Assembly: GCA_041937175.2 (NCBI GenBank)
Contig: CP166615.1
Location: 672,001 to 736,000, forward strand
DNA: 64,000 nucleotides
Origin: Limnothrix sp. BL-A-16
Lineage (GTDB): Bacteria; Cyanobacteriota; Cyanobacteriia; CACIAM-69d
Direction of reading: 5' to 3'
Part shown: in pieces, positions 21,222-31,247 of the stretch
Numbering within the stretch: the first letter of the stretch is position 1
How the letters are laid out: every line of letters starts with the position of its first letter
Position numbers and translations under genes: made by a program
The notes under the pieces: model-generated
What the model was told of the DNA's origin: nothing
The model's database searches: none
Seen by the model: the letters and a program-made list of their open reading frames with translations, nothing else

Positions 21222-21359
21222 GGGCCTGTCGTCGTTGAGCACGAAACCCTAGATCTGTCGTTAGCGGATTGCGTGGGACAAGGGGCTTAAACCCTTGCCC
21301 CCACGACAATTGATGACTAATGCCTAGCCTGTACTGAAAGATACTTCTCAGACATCCTC
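21222..21359. mobile_element. chimeric MITE: family B arm joined to family A arm at the palindrome
   Basis: starts TA|GGGCCTGTCGTC (B TIR), palindrome variant at 21279-21297, ends CTTCTCAGACATCCTC|TAA (A TIR). Confidence 0.82.
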
Positions 21360-21533
21360 TAAGGGGTTGGAGATCGTGCCGATCTGTCGATCCGAAGATT
21401 GTGCTGGTCAGAAATTGCGCCGATCGGGAGATCAACCGCTGACCCGGCGATCGAACCGGGCTGTGCTAACCGCCAAGGGCCTAGACGGAGCAAGCTAGAC
21501 TAGAAACAGTCCACACCGCCAGCAGCTTTCAGC

Positions 21534-23639
21534 ATGATGCGCTTTTTTGGAATGGGATCTCCCTCGGAATCATCGCACCACACCGCTAACCGATCGCAGG
21601 CCGATCGAACCGGTGGGGGGCATCCCGGTTCATGGATCCTACCCACCCGATCGCGCCATCGTCGGCGACGGGCGATCGCCTCGGCCCTGCTGCTGTTTAA
21701 CCTGTTGACGGTGGCCGCGCCCGCCTTGGCCCAGAGTCAACCGAGCGATCGCTCTTCCTCGGAATCGACCCCCACAGTTGGCCAATCCGCTAACCAACCT
21801 GCCAATCAGCCTGCCAACCAACGCCGCGGCCGCACCCTCACCTACGGCGACCTGATGGAAAAGTTGGAGGCGGGCCAGGTCAAGCGAATTGATCTGTTTC
21901 CCGCAGAACAACTGGCCCGGGTCTTTTTGGATCAAAACGGTCGTGCCAGCTCGCCCTACGAAGTGACCCTGTTTGAGCGCAACCCGGAGCTGATCGAAAT
22001 TGCCCGGGCGAAGGGGGTGGAACTCTCGGTGCAAGAGTCGGTCGATCGCACCGCGGCCCTGAGCCTGATTGCCAATTTGTTGTTTGTGGGGTTGGTGATT
22101 GCCCTGCTGGTGAACATTGTGCGCCGCACGGCCAACGCTTCGGGCCAGGCCATGAACTTTGGCAAATCCCGCGCCAAGTTCCAGATGGAAGCCAAAACCG
22201 GCGTGACCTTTGATGATGTGGCCGGCGTGGAGGAAGCCAAGGAGGAGCTACAGGAAGTGGTGACCTTCCTGAAGCAGCCGGAACGCTTCACGGCCGTGGG
22301 GGCCAAGATTCCGCGCGGGGTGTTGCTGGTGGGGCCACCGGGAACGGGTAAAACCCTGTTGGCCAAGGCGATCGCCGGGGAAGCGGGCGTGCCCTTCTTC
22401 AGCATGTCCGGTTCGGAATTTGTGGAAATGTTTGTGGGGGTGGGCGCATCTCGGGTGCGAGACCTGTTCCGCAAGGCGAAGGAAAGCGCTCCCTGCATTG
22501 TGTTCATTGATGAAATTGATGCGGTGGGTCGCCAACGGGGCGCGGGCATTGGCGGCGGCAACGATGAACGGGAACAAACCCTCAACCAACTGCTGACCGA
22601 GATGGACGGGTTTGAGGGCAACTCCGGGGTGATTATTATTGCCGCCACGAACCGCCCCGATGTGCTGGACTCGGCCCTGATGCGACCGGGCCGGTTCGAT
22701 CGCCAAATTACCGTTGATTTGCCCAGTTACACGGGGCGGCTGGCGATTTTGCAAGTCCATGCCCGCACCAAAAAGATTGAAGAAGGCGTGTCGATCGAGG
22801 CGATCGCCCGGCGCACTCCCGGTTTTGCGGGGGCTGATTTGGCGAATTTGCTCAACGAGGCGGCGATTTTGACGGCCCGGCGACGGAAGCCGGCCATCAG
22901 CCTGGAGGAAATTGACGATGCGATCGACCGGATCACCATTGGCCTGAAGTTGGCTCCCCTGCTGGATAGCAAGAAAAAACGCCTGATTGCCTATCACGAG
23001 GTGGGCCATGCCCTGTTGATGACGCTGCTGAAGCATTCTGACCCGCTGAACAAGGTGACGATCGTGCCCCGATCGGGCGGTATTGGCGGGTTTGCCCAAC
23101 AGGTTTTCAATGAGGAAATGGTGGATAGCGGTCTCTATACCCGTGCTTGGATTCTCGATCGAATTGTGATGACCCTGGGGGGCCGGGCGGCCGAACAGGA
23201 AGTGTTTGGCGATTCCGAAATCACCGTCGGAGCCAGCAACGATCTGAAGGTAGTCAGCACCTTGGCCCGCGAAATGGTCACTCGCTATGGCATGTCGGAT
23301 CTGGGTACGTTGGCCCTGGAAAGCCAATCGGGTGAAGTGTTTTTGGGACGGGGTTGGATGTCTCAGCCGGAATATTCCGAAGAGGTGGCCGCCAAGATCG
23401 ATCGCACCGTGCGGGAAATTGCCGTCAACTGCTACGAAAAAGCCTGTCAGATCCTCCGTGAGCATCGAGAACTGGTCGATCGATTGGTCGATCAACTGCT
23501 CGATGAAGAAATGATCGAAGGGGATGAATTCCGCAAAATTGTGCGTTCCTACGTCCCAATTCCCGAGAAGGATTACCCCGAGGATCGACAAATGCGTCAA
23601 GCCAGCAACGCCGGTAGCCCGGCTGCGGCAAGGGTTTAG
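21534..23639 (+). CDS. ftsH: ATP-dependent zinc metalloprotease FtsH
   Basis: [31 protein letters not shown]; start uncertain. Confidence 0.96.
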   Translation: MMRFFGMGSPSESSHHTANRSQADRTGGGHPGSWILPTRSRHRRRRAIASALLLFNLLTVAAPALAQSQPSDRSSSESTPTVGQSANQPANQPANQRRGRTLTYGDLMEKLEAGQVKRIDLFPAEQLARVFLDQNGRASSPYEVTLFERNPELIEIARAKGVELSVQESVDRTAALSLIANLLFVGLVIALLVNIVRRTANASGQAMNFGKSRAKFQMEAKTGVTFDDVAGVEEAKEELQEVVTFLKQPERFTAVGAKIPRGVLLVGPPGTGKTLLAKAIAGEAGVPFFSMSGSEFVEMFVGVGASRVRDLFRKAKESAPCIVFIDEIDAVGRQRGAGIGGGNDEREQTLNQLLTEMDGFEGNSGVIIIAATNRPDVLDSALMRPGRFDRQITVDLPSYTGRLAILQVHARTKKIEEGVSIEAIARRTPGFAGADLANLLNEAAILTARRRKPAISLEEIDDAIDRITIGLKLAPLLDSKKKRLIAYHEVGHALLMTLLKHSDPLNKVTIVPRSGGIGGFAQQVFNEEMVDSGLYTRAWILDRIVMTLGGRAAEQEVFGDSEITVGASNDLKVVSTLAREMVTRYGMSDLGTLALESQSGEVFLGRGWMSQPEYSEEVAAKIDRTVREIAVNCYEKACQILREHRELVDRLVDQLLDEEMIEGDEFRKIVRSYVPIPEKDYPEDRQMRQASNAGSPAAARV

Positions 23640-23909
23640 GACTGCGATCGCCCGATCGCTCTGGATTGATCTCCCTGAATCGATCACCCTGAATTGATCT
23701 GGATTGCTTTGGGTCGATCGCTTTGGGTTGATTGCTTTGGATCGGTTCATCAAAATCGATTGCTTTGGGCCGATCGCTTTGGGTTGATCTCGATTAATCG
23801 TCCTGAATTGCTCAATTCAATTAGCCTGAATGGATTGATTGAAATCCAATCCGATCGCTGCCCAAGGTGATCGCCTCCCATCGCCCCCAATTCCCCATTG
23901 CCTGGAACC

Positions 23910-24224
23910 ATGCCGATCGAACAGCCCGCCCCGCCCCCGCAAACGTCCGTGCAAATTGGCCCCTACCAAGCCATCACCCAGCCAGGAGGGTTTCAACTGC
24001 AATCCTTTTCCACCGATCAGGTCTATCGATTTGCCGGAGCGGGAATGCCCACCAGCAGCATCAGTGAACCGATGGTGGATTTAGTGACCAGCTACATTGC
24101 CCAATGGGAACATCTTGTGTCGCCCAACGATCGATCGGGAGCCATGTCATTTCGGGAAGTGTGGCAAGAGGCCGCGGACTATTTTGAGGCGATCGAGGGC
24201 ATCGAAGAGGGGCGGCGCGGCTAA
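23910..24224 (+). CDS. hypothetical protein
   Basis: ATG ORF filling the gap with protein-like composition; no motif recognised. Confidence 0.45.
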   Translation: MPIEQPAPPPQTSVQIGPYQAITQPGGFQLQSFSTDQVYRFAGAGMPTSSISEPMVDLVTSYIAQWEHLVSPNDRSGAMSFREVWQEAADYFEAIEGIEEGRRG

Positions 24225-24251
24225 AGGCTCAACAACCGTTGAAGGAACCAC

Positions 24252-24758
24252 TCAATGGGTTTCCCCTGAGCGCCGCCGATCGGGGGGCGTAGGCGGTGGC
24301 GCGGGAGCGGTTTTTTGCTCCAGTCCCAACAGAATTTCCGCCCAGAGCGCGTTGGGGTCTGCGAGATCGGGTGTTTCGGCTGCTGGTTCCATCCCTTGAT
24401 CCAAGGGGCGATTGGGGTTGTTTGCCTCGCCCTGTGCCGCCTTGGAATTCTCGGAATTCTCGGAATTTCCGGGATCTTCAGGATTTGCGGGAGCCTGGGG
24501 GTCTTCATCCTCTTGATGCTGGCTGCCCATATAGCGCTCAATATCCTCGATCGCCGCTTCTAAATCTTCCAGGGTAATTTCCTGGCTGGCGGGAGGTGCG
24601 GTTTCGGTTGCGGCCTGGGGGCTGGGGGCTGCTTCGGTTTCCACCGTGTCAAGGGCGGCCGCATCTTCAGGATCGGTCAGATTTTCCCGTAGGCGTTCGA
24701 GGGCCTCTAAGAAGGCCTGTTGGGCCGCCTGCCTGGCCCCATGATGCCGCTCCATCAT
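24252..24758 (-). CDS. hypothetical acidic protein
   Basis: RQAAQQAFLEALERL...LEAAIEDIERYM pattern resembles small conserved cyanobacterial hypotheticals. Confidence 0.6.
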   Translation of the reverse strand: MMERHHGARQAAQQAFLEALERLRENLTDPEDAAALDTVETEAAPSPQAATETAPPASQEITLEDLEAAIEDIERYMGSQHQEDEDPQAPANPEDPGNSENSENSKAAQGEANNPNRPLDQGMEPAAETPDLADPNALWAEILLGLEQKTAPAPPPTPPDRRRSGETH

Positions 24759-25090
24759 TGTTAATTACGCTCCTAGTGGCTGTGCGATCGCGAATCCCCG
24801 CGCCCTGACCCTGGTGATTGAACTGGGCTGCCGCTGAGACGCTCCCGATCGATCGGCTGCCAAAACCAGTACCTCAGCCTTCGCTAGGACTTGCTTGGTT
24901 TCAGTTCAACAGGCTGAATACTTCAATCCTATGCAATTCAGGTCTGTGGTTGTTGGATTCATCAACAACTCAGGAAATTCGCCCGTTGATTTATGTATCC
25001 CGCGATGTGCCCCGCAACGCATCCCGCGATATATCTGGCGATACATCCCGCGATCGATCAGGGTACTTTACAGATTCAATACGAACAAAA

Positions 25091-25142
25091 AATAAGCAAA
25101 AGCAATAAACAGAAGCAATAAGCAAAAGCAATAAGCAAAAAA
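25091..25142. repeat. 13-bp tandem repeat x4 (AATAAGCAAAAGC)
   Basis: units start at 25091, 25104, 25117, 25130, directly 3' of ffs. Confidence 0.8.
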
Positions 25143-25240
25143 GAGACCCGGAGACCGCGCCTATCTCAAGCATCCCTTAGTGCTGCTGCCTTCCGGCTCT
25201 GACACGGTTCGGGCGTTGGGATTGCGCGGGTCCAGGTCGC
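25143..25240 (-). ncRNA. ffs: SRP RNA (4.5S)
   Basis: minus strand GTCAGAGCCGGAAGGCAGCAGC (domain IV, GGAA tetraloop) inside a long hairpin closed by GACCTGGACCCGCGC/GCGCGGTCTCCGGGTC. Confidence 0.92.
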
Positions 25241-25321
25241 CATAACCATACCATGAACAGCCCCCGTTAACGCAAGGGCGAGGAACCCGACTGTTTCTGA
25301 ACCCGATTGATCGATGGGGGG

Positions 25322-27109
25322 TTAGGGGCGCTTCCAGGTGGCAATGTTCCAGGTGTCGCTGTCCCAAGGGGTGAGATCCACGCCCTGCAATTGATCGCTG
25401 ACGGCTCCCACTTTGGCCCGGGCAATGAGGGGAATCAGGGCCACATCCTGAATCAGTTGGTCATTGAGGGCAATCATGGCCGCCTGTCGTTTGATGGGAT
25501 CCAATTCCTGGTCGGCTTTGGCCCAAGCTTGGTCATAGGCTGAGTTGCAATAGCGGGTGTAGTTATTGCGGTTCCAGTCGTTGGCTTTGCTGGCAATTTC
25601 GGCGCAAGTCCACCATTTCAGGTGTGCGCTGGGATCCGGGGAGGTGTTGCCGGTGGTGTAGAGCTGCAAATCGGCTTGGAAGCGGTTTACCGTGTCGGCG
25701 TTGGCTGGGTCGCCAGAGAAGAAGGCTCCAGCATCCACGGACTTCAGTTCCACGCCAATCCCGATCGACTCCCAAGCTTGCTTCACAATCTCCTGGGTTT
25801 TCTGGCGCAGGGGATTCACCGAAGTGACAAACAGCACCCGCATTTCCACACCGTTTTTGTCCCGAATTTGGTTGCCGTTGGTGTCTTTCCAACCCGCTTG
25901 ATCCAACAGTTGGGCTGCTTTTTGCAGGTTGAATTCCACTTGGTTGTTGGGTGAGGCAAACTGCTGGGGAGCGATGATCAGATTGGCCGTGGGATTGCCG
26001 GTGGGGCCATAGAGCTGCTGGGCGATGGTGGCGCGATCGACCGCGAGGGCAAAGGCCTGGCGCACAGTTTTATCCGTAAAGAAGGGGTGGGGAAACTGCA
26101 CGCTCGATCGCTCCCCGTCGGCGGTGGCCCGGTTGGGGTCAGTGAAGTTAAAGTGAATCCGCTCCGATTGGGCCCCGGTCACGGCCAACAGTTTGCCCTT
26201 GCCACCGCTTTCCAGTTGCCTCAAAATTGGCGCTTCCACCTGTGGATTGTAGGCGTAGTCCGCGTCGCCGGTCTGCAACACGGCCCGGGCGGCCGAGGTG
26301 GCATCGCCGCCGCCTTTGATTTCCACCTGCTCGAAGGCAAGGCTGGCCCGATCGCGGTAGTTGGGGTTGGGTTTGTAGACGATCGAATCACCCGGCTTAA
26401 AGGACTCCACCTGATAGGGACCCGTCCCGATCGGCTTCAGGTTGGCCGGTGCTTCCTTGGCCCTGGCTCCCACATAGTCCTTAAAAACGTGTTTCGGCAA
26501 AATCATGCCGTTGTAGCCAGTGAAGGGCTGAGACCAACTGGCCGTGGGCGCTGTGAATTCAATCCGCACCGTTTGCGGGTCGATCGCCCGCACCGATTTC
26601 ACCATGGCGTAGTCCGTGAGGGTGGCCGCGCCGGTTTTGGGATCGCTCAAAAACTCATAGGTAAAAACCACATCCTCGGCGGTGAAGGGGTTCCCGTCGG
26701 CCCACGTCACGCCGGATTTCAGCTTCCAAGTGACCGATCGCCCGTCCTTGGCCACGCCGCCATTGGCCAGGGTGGGTTCTTCCGCCGCCAAAAATAAAAC
26801 CAATTTGCCCGTTTTGTCGTAGCTGGCCAGGGGTTCATAGACCACCCGCGCCCCGTCAAAATCCTTATTTCCCGTGGCCAGGTGGGGATTCAAAATGGTG
26901 GGGGCTTGCCAATAGAGCAACTTCAAGGTTTTATCCGCCGGGCCACTGGCGCTGGAACGGTTGGCGGAGTTGGTGGATGCGCCGCCGCCACAGCCCCCCA
27001 CCAGCAAACTGGCCACCAGCCCGATCGCCCCTAACGACTGACGCAACTGGGGCGATCGAGCCGGAGCGATCGTTCTTGTCCATTTCCGAGGCCAAAACAG
27101 GTTAGGCAT
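25322..27109 (-). CDS. peptide/nickel ABC transporter substrate-binding lipoprotein (family 5)
   Basis: lipobox LVGGC, WQAPTILNPH, WADGNPFTAEDVVFT, PIGTGPY. Confidence 0.92.
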   Translation of the reverse strand: MPNLFWPRKWTRTIAPARSPQLRQSLGAIGLVASLLVGGCGGGASTNSANRSSASGPADKTLKLLYWQAPTILNPHLATGNKDFDGARVVYEPLASYDKTGKLVLFLAAEEPTLANGGVAKDGRSVTWKLKSGVTWADGNPFTAEDVVFTYEFLSDPKTGAATLTDYAMVKSVRAIDPQTVRIEFTAPTASWSQPFTGYNGMILPKHVFKDYVGARAKEAPANLKPIGTGPYQVESFKPGDSIVYKPNPNYRDRASLAFEQVEIKGGGDATSAARAVLQTGDADYAYNPQVEAPILRQLESGGKGKLLAVTGAQSERIHFNFTDPNRATADGERSSVQFPHPFFTDKTVRQAFALAVDRATIAQQLYGPTGNPTANLIIAPQQFASPNNQVEFNLQKAAQLLDQAGWKDTNGNQIRDKNGVEMRVLFVTSVNPLRQKTQEIVKQAWESIGIGVELKSVDAGAFFSGDPANADTVNRFQADLQLYTTGNTSPDPSAHLKWWTCAEIASKANDWNRNNYTRYCNSAYDQAWAKADQELDPIKRQAAMIALNDQLIQDVALIPLIARAKVGAVSDQLQGVDLTPWDSDTWNIATWKRP

Positions 27110-27629
27110 GAATCGCCACCAGACACCACAACATCAATCGAAAACCACAATAACAGCCAACAATAATCCGTCTGCCTTGGTCTGTCTCGTGCGATCGATC
27201 AATGTTCCTGCAACGTTCCCGCAACGCCCCCACAGTTCTCCCGCAACACTCCCACTGCTCCCATCGCTCCATGGCCGGCAGCCGCTGCCGACCCAATCAA
27301 TTCCTGAAATCACTTATAGAATGAGATTAGGGAAATAAAATTCAGCGAAAACCAATCCTAATCAACAGCATTTGTATCGCGAGATTTTTTAACCAAGCTC
27401 TTGATCACCGTGGACTGACCCGGAACAATGAAGGATTCGGGATCCACCAGGGATCGACCTTGAACGCTGTTTGTCGTTGCAGGGTGCGGCGGAAAACACC
27501 ATGAATGCCCAGTCATCCGAGAGGGTGTCTGAAGATTCAACAGCGCTGTTGGATGTTTCTGAATGTTTGGCCGGATGGCAAACCACAAACCAATCAGAGG
27601 ACGCGTCAGATCCTGAAGCTTGGAGGCTT

Positions 27630-29648
27630 ATGGAAAATCAAGCGAGTCCAGGGTTATTGCCGGTGACCCTGGAGTTGTATGAACGGGCGATGGCTTCGGC
27701 CAGTTGCGGCATCGCGATCGCCGATATGAGCCGGCCCGATCGCCCCCTGATCTATTGCAATGAAGCCTTCGAGACCATGACAGGCTACCGCTGGGAAGAG
27801 GTGTTGGGGCGTAACTGTCGGTTTATGCAGGGGCCGGACACGGATCCGGTGGCGGTGGAGCAACTCAGCCAGGCCATTCGCCGGGGTGAGGCCTGTGAGG
27901 TGGTGCTGCTCAATTACCGCAAGGATGGCCGGCCCTTTTGGAATCGCCTTTCGATCGGCCCCGTGCATGATGCGGCGGGCCATTTGACCCACTACATTGG
28001 CGTACAAACGGACGTGACCGAAGCGGTGGAAGCCCGCAAGCGCCAAAACCGGCAATTGCAAGAGGAACAACTCCTGAGCGGTGTGACCCAGCGCATTCGC
28101 CAGGACTTGGACTTGACGGCGGTGTTGAGCACGGCGGTGAATGAGGTGCGCCAACTGCTGCAGACCGATCGGGTGGTGGTCTATCGCTTTAATTCCGACT
28201 GGAGCGGCATGGTGGTGGCCGAATCCGTGGGCGAGGATTGGGATGCGTCGTTGGATGTGACGATTGAGGACACCTGTTTTCAGGTCAGCCGCGCCCAGGA
28301 TTACCAACAGGGACGCATTAGCGCCATCAGTGACATTGAAACGGCCCCCCTGAGCGAGTGCCATCGCAATTTGCTGCGTCGGTTCCAAGTGCAGGCTAAT
28401 TTGGTGTTGCCCATCTCTGACCATGGCCGGCTCTGGGGTCTGTTAATCGCTCACCACTGCCAAAGTCCGCGCCAGTGGCATCCTAACGAAATTCATTTGC
28501 TGGAGCGGTTGTCCCATCAATTGGCCGTGGCCGTGTTGCAGGCGGAACTGTATGAACAGGCCCAAGCGGAAATTCGGCGGCGACAGGCGGTGGAGGCCAA
28601 GCTCGCGGACAAGGCGGCTCAGTTGGAGGCGGCGTTGCAGGCCCTGAAGTGGCAGCAGGCCCAGTTGGTGCAGGCGGAACGGCTGGCGGGGCTGGAGCAG
28701 TTGGTGGCAGGGGTGGCCCATGAGGTGAACAATCCGGTGGCCTTCATTGCGGGCAATTTGGCCCACGCGGGTCACTATATCCAGGATTTGTTGGACTTGG
28801 TAAATGTCTACCAAGCGGAGTGGGCGCGATCGGGGATGGCTCCTTCGGCCGAGCTGGAAGCGTTGGTGGAGGAGGTGGATCCCGCTTATATTGCAGAAGA
28901 TTGGCCAAGAATGCTGCAATCGATGCGATCGGGCGTGGAGCGCATCCAAAAGATTGTTCGATCGCTGCGGGCTTTCTCGCGGTTGGATGAGGCGATTGTG
29001 AAGAGCATTAACCTCAACGAGAGTTTAGATAGCGCCTTGGTGTTGTTTCAAGGGCGGCTAAATGCCTTGCGCAGCGGGGATCAGCTCCATTCGATTCAGC
29101 TCATTCATGAGTGGGGGGCACTGCCGGCCATCACTTGCTATCCGGGCCCGCTGAATCAGGCCTTGGCGGCGTTGATTGAAAATGCGATCGATGCGTTGAC
29201 GGTGGCGATCGAGTCGCCCCAATGGTTAGCTAAAGAAGAACGCCCCACCATTTGGCTGGCCACGGCCCTGGATGCGACCAGCGGGCGGGCGGTGATTCGG
29301 ATTCGAGACAATGCCCTCGGCATTCCGGAGGCGGTGCACGATCGCATTTTGGATCCTTTCTTTAGTACGAAGCCGATCGGACAGGGGACGGGGTTGGGCC
29401 TGTCGATCGCCTATCAAACCATTGTGGAGCAGCATGGGGGCCGGCTTTGGTTTGAGTCGGAACCCAATCAGGGCACGACTTTCGTGGTGGAGCTGCCCCC
29501 TGCGCCGCCTACTTTGGCGGAGGCGGAATCGGCGGAGGACTTGCCCGATCGGTTTCTGAGGCGGGGAAATTTGGGCGATCGACCCTTGCCGCCCATGCTG
29601 CCCAACGGTGGCGGGCGATCGATGCCGTCTCTGTTGCTGTCTAGCTAG
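27630..29648 (+). CDS. LOV + cyanobacteriochrome GAF histidine kinase
   Basis: GGAGG before ATG 27630; LOV GRNCRFMQG, NYRKDG, GVQ; GAF with DTCF and CH; HEVNNP; GTGLGLS. Confidence 0.92.
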   Translation: MENQASPGLLPVTLELYERAMASASCGIAIADMSRPDRPLIYCNEAFETMTGYRWEEVLGRNCRFMQGPDTDPVAVEQLSQAIRRGEACEVVLLNYRKDGRPFWNRLSIGPVHDAAGHLTHYIGVQTDVTEAVEARKRQNRQLQEEQLLSGVTQRIRQDLDLTAVLSTAVNEVRQLLQTDRVVVYRFNSDWSGMVVAESVGEDWDASLDVTIEDTCFQVSRAQDYQQGRISAISDIETAPLSECHRNLLRRFQVQANLVLPISDHGRLWGLLIAHHCQSPRQWHPNEIHLLERLSHQLAVAVLQAELYEQAQAEIRRRQAVEAKLADKAAQLEAALQALKWQQAQLVQAERLAGLEQLVAGVAHEVNNPVAFIAGNLAHAGHYIQDLLDLVNVYQAEWARSGMAPSAELEALVEEVDPAYIAEDWPRMLQSMRSGVERIQKIVRSLRAFSRLDEAIVKSINLNESLDSALVLFQGRLNALRSGDQLHSIQLIHEWGALPAITCYPGPLNQALAALIENAIDALTVAIESPQWLAKEERPTIWLATALDATSGRAVIRIRDNALGIPEAVHDRILDPFFSTKPIGQGTGLGLSIAYQTIVEQHGGRLWFESEPNQGTTFVVELPPAPPTLAEAESAEDLPDRFLRRGNLGDRPLPPMLPNGGGRSMPSLLLSS

Positions 29649-29651
29649 GGG

Positions 29652-29691
29652 CTGGCTCCTGGGCTGAAGCACCCGTCAGCCCAGGAGCCAG
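29652..29691. terminator. 16-bp perfect stem-loop between convergent genes
   Basis: CTGGCTCCTGGGCTGA-N8-TCAGCCCAGGAGCCAG. Confidence 0.6.
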
Positions 29692-29727
29692 ACTTGAGGC
29701 TAACTTTTGAACCCCCTAAGCACCCCG

Positions 29728-31113
29728 CTAAGCACCAGTGATCAGCGCGCAAATTTGGTCAGGATCCGTGGGTAAATCGGCCGTGAGCACCTCCGGCTCC
29801 GTCGCCGTGACCAGCACGTCATCCTCAATCCGAATGCCGCGCACATCGGCAAATTGGGCCAACCGTTCCCAATCAATACAGTCGCCATAGCGATCGAGCC
29901 GCGCCGGGTCTTGCAGCAGGCCCGGCACTTGGTAAAAACCGGGTTCGATCGTCACCACCATGCCCACCTCCAAGGGGCGATCGAGCCGCAGAAAACACCA
30001 GCCAAACCGCTCACTGCGCTGGCGGCCGGGCCCATAACCTGCCCGATCGCCCAGATCCTCCATGTCATGCACATCCAGCCCCAACAGGTGGCCCACACCA
30101 TGGGGAAAAAACAGCGTATGGGCATCCCGATCGACCAATTGCGCCGGTTGTCCCCGCAAAATGCCCAAGTCCACCAGGCCTTCCACCAAAACCCAAGCCG
30201 CCTTGTGGTGGATGTCGCGGTATTCCACCCCCGGCCGCACTGCCGCCACCGCCGCATCATGGGCCGCCAACACCACCTCATAAATCGCCCGCTGTGGGGC
30301 GGAAAACTGCCCCGATACGGGCCAAGTGCGGGTAATGTCGGAGGCCCAACCGCTGGACACCTCGGCCCCCGCATCCACCAGCAGCAAATCCCCCGGCGTG
30401 AGGGGGTGATGGTAGCGCTCATTGTGGAGCACTTCGCCCCGGGTGGTGACAATACTGTTGTAGGCGGGGCAAGCCTCTTGGGCGATCAAAGTGGCTTCGA
30501 TCGCCGCCCGCACGGCCGCTTCCGTGGGGGCTTGGCTTGTGGCTGCGAGGCCGGCCCGGTGGGCCGCCACCGCGATCACCGCCGATCGCCGCAACTCCCC
30601 TAGGGCCATGGGATCTTGGGTCGATCGCACCGCCACGATCGCATCCACCAGCGCCCCATCGGGGCCGTTTGCCTGGGCCGGTTGGGGGAGCGATCGCCCC
30701 AGCAGGGCTTCCTGATGGGCCCGGGCCGCAGGCGACTGCACCGCAATGGTCGCCACCTCCGCCAAGCGATCGCCCAAATAGCTCGCCAGTTCCGCCAAGG
30801 GATAGGCATCCTCCACCCCCATTTGCGCCGCCAATTCCGCCCGCGAGGGTTCTGGCCCATGCCACAGCGCATCATCAACCGTCGGTTGATCCCAAAACAG
30901 AATCGATTGCCCGTCCAGGATCAGCAGCACGGCCCGCTCAAGGGACAGGCCCGCAAAATACAAAAAATGGCTACTGGCCCGAAAGGGATAGCGATTGGCG
31001 GGAAAATTCCGCGCCGCCCCTTGCCCAGACCAGAGGGCCACCGGAAACGACACCCGATCGCTTAACCGGCGACGACGATCGCGCAACCCATCGGCAAAAC
31101 TGCAATCACTCAT
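29728..31113 (-). CDS. pepP: Xaa-Pro aminopeptidase (M24B)
   Basis: LLVDAG, SDITRTWP, HGVGHLLGLDVHD, TIEPGFY, GIRIEDDVLVT. Confidence 0.93.
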   Translation of the reverse strand: MSDCSFADGLRDRRRRLSDRVSFPVALWSGQGAARNFPANRYPFRASSHFLYFAGLSLERAVLLILDGQSILFWDQPTVDDALWHGPEPSRAELAAQMGVEDAYPLAELASYLGDRLAEVATIAVQSPAARAHQEALLGRSLPQPAQANGPDGALVDAIVAVRSTQDPMALGELRRSAVIAVAAHRAGLAATSQAPTEAAVRAAIEATLIAQEACPAYNSIVTTRGEVLHNERYHHPLTPGDLLLVDAGAEVSSGWASDITRTWPVSGQFSAPQRAIYEVVLAAHDAAVAAVRPGVEYRDIHHKAAWVLVEGLVDLGILRGQPAQLVDRDAHTLFFPHGVGHLLGLDVHDMEDLGDRAGYGPGRQRSERFGWCFLRLDRPLEVGMVVTIEPGFYQVPGLLQDPARLDRYGDCIDWERLAQFADVRGIRIEDDVLVTATEPEVLTADLPTDPDQICALITGA

Positions 31114-31247
31114 GTTCCGACCTCTGCCCGCTGAGTAACATCTAACTCCAGGCTATGGGTTCCCGGCAATTAGCTCCAGGCTAGGGGTTCTAGGCGATGA
31201 ATTTCAGATGGTCTGTGATCGAAATCCCCAGCCATTCTGCAAGCAGG

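Noticed and set aside
22248..23753. 501-aa ORF antisense to ftsH (also 56810-57856, 3245-4048 and similar)
   Set aside because: These are shadow ORFs of GC-rich conserved genes with no recognisable motifs.
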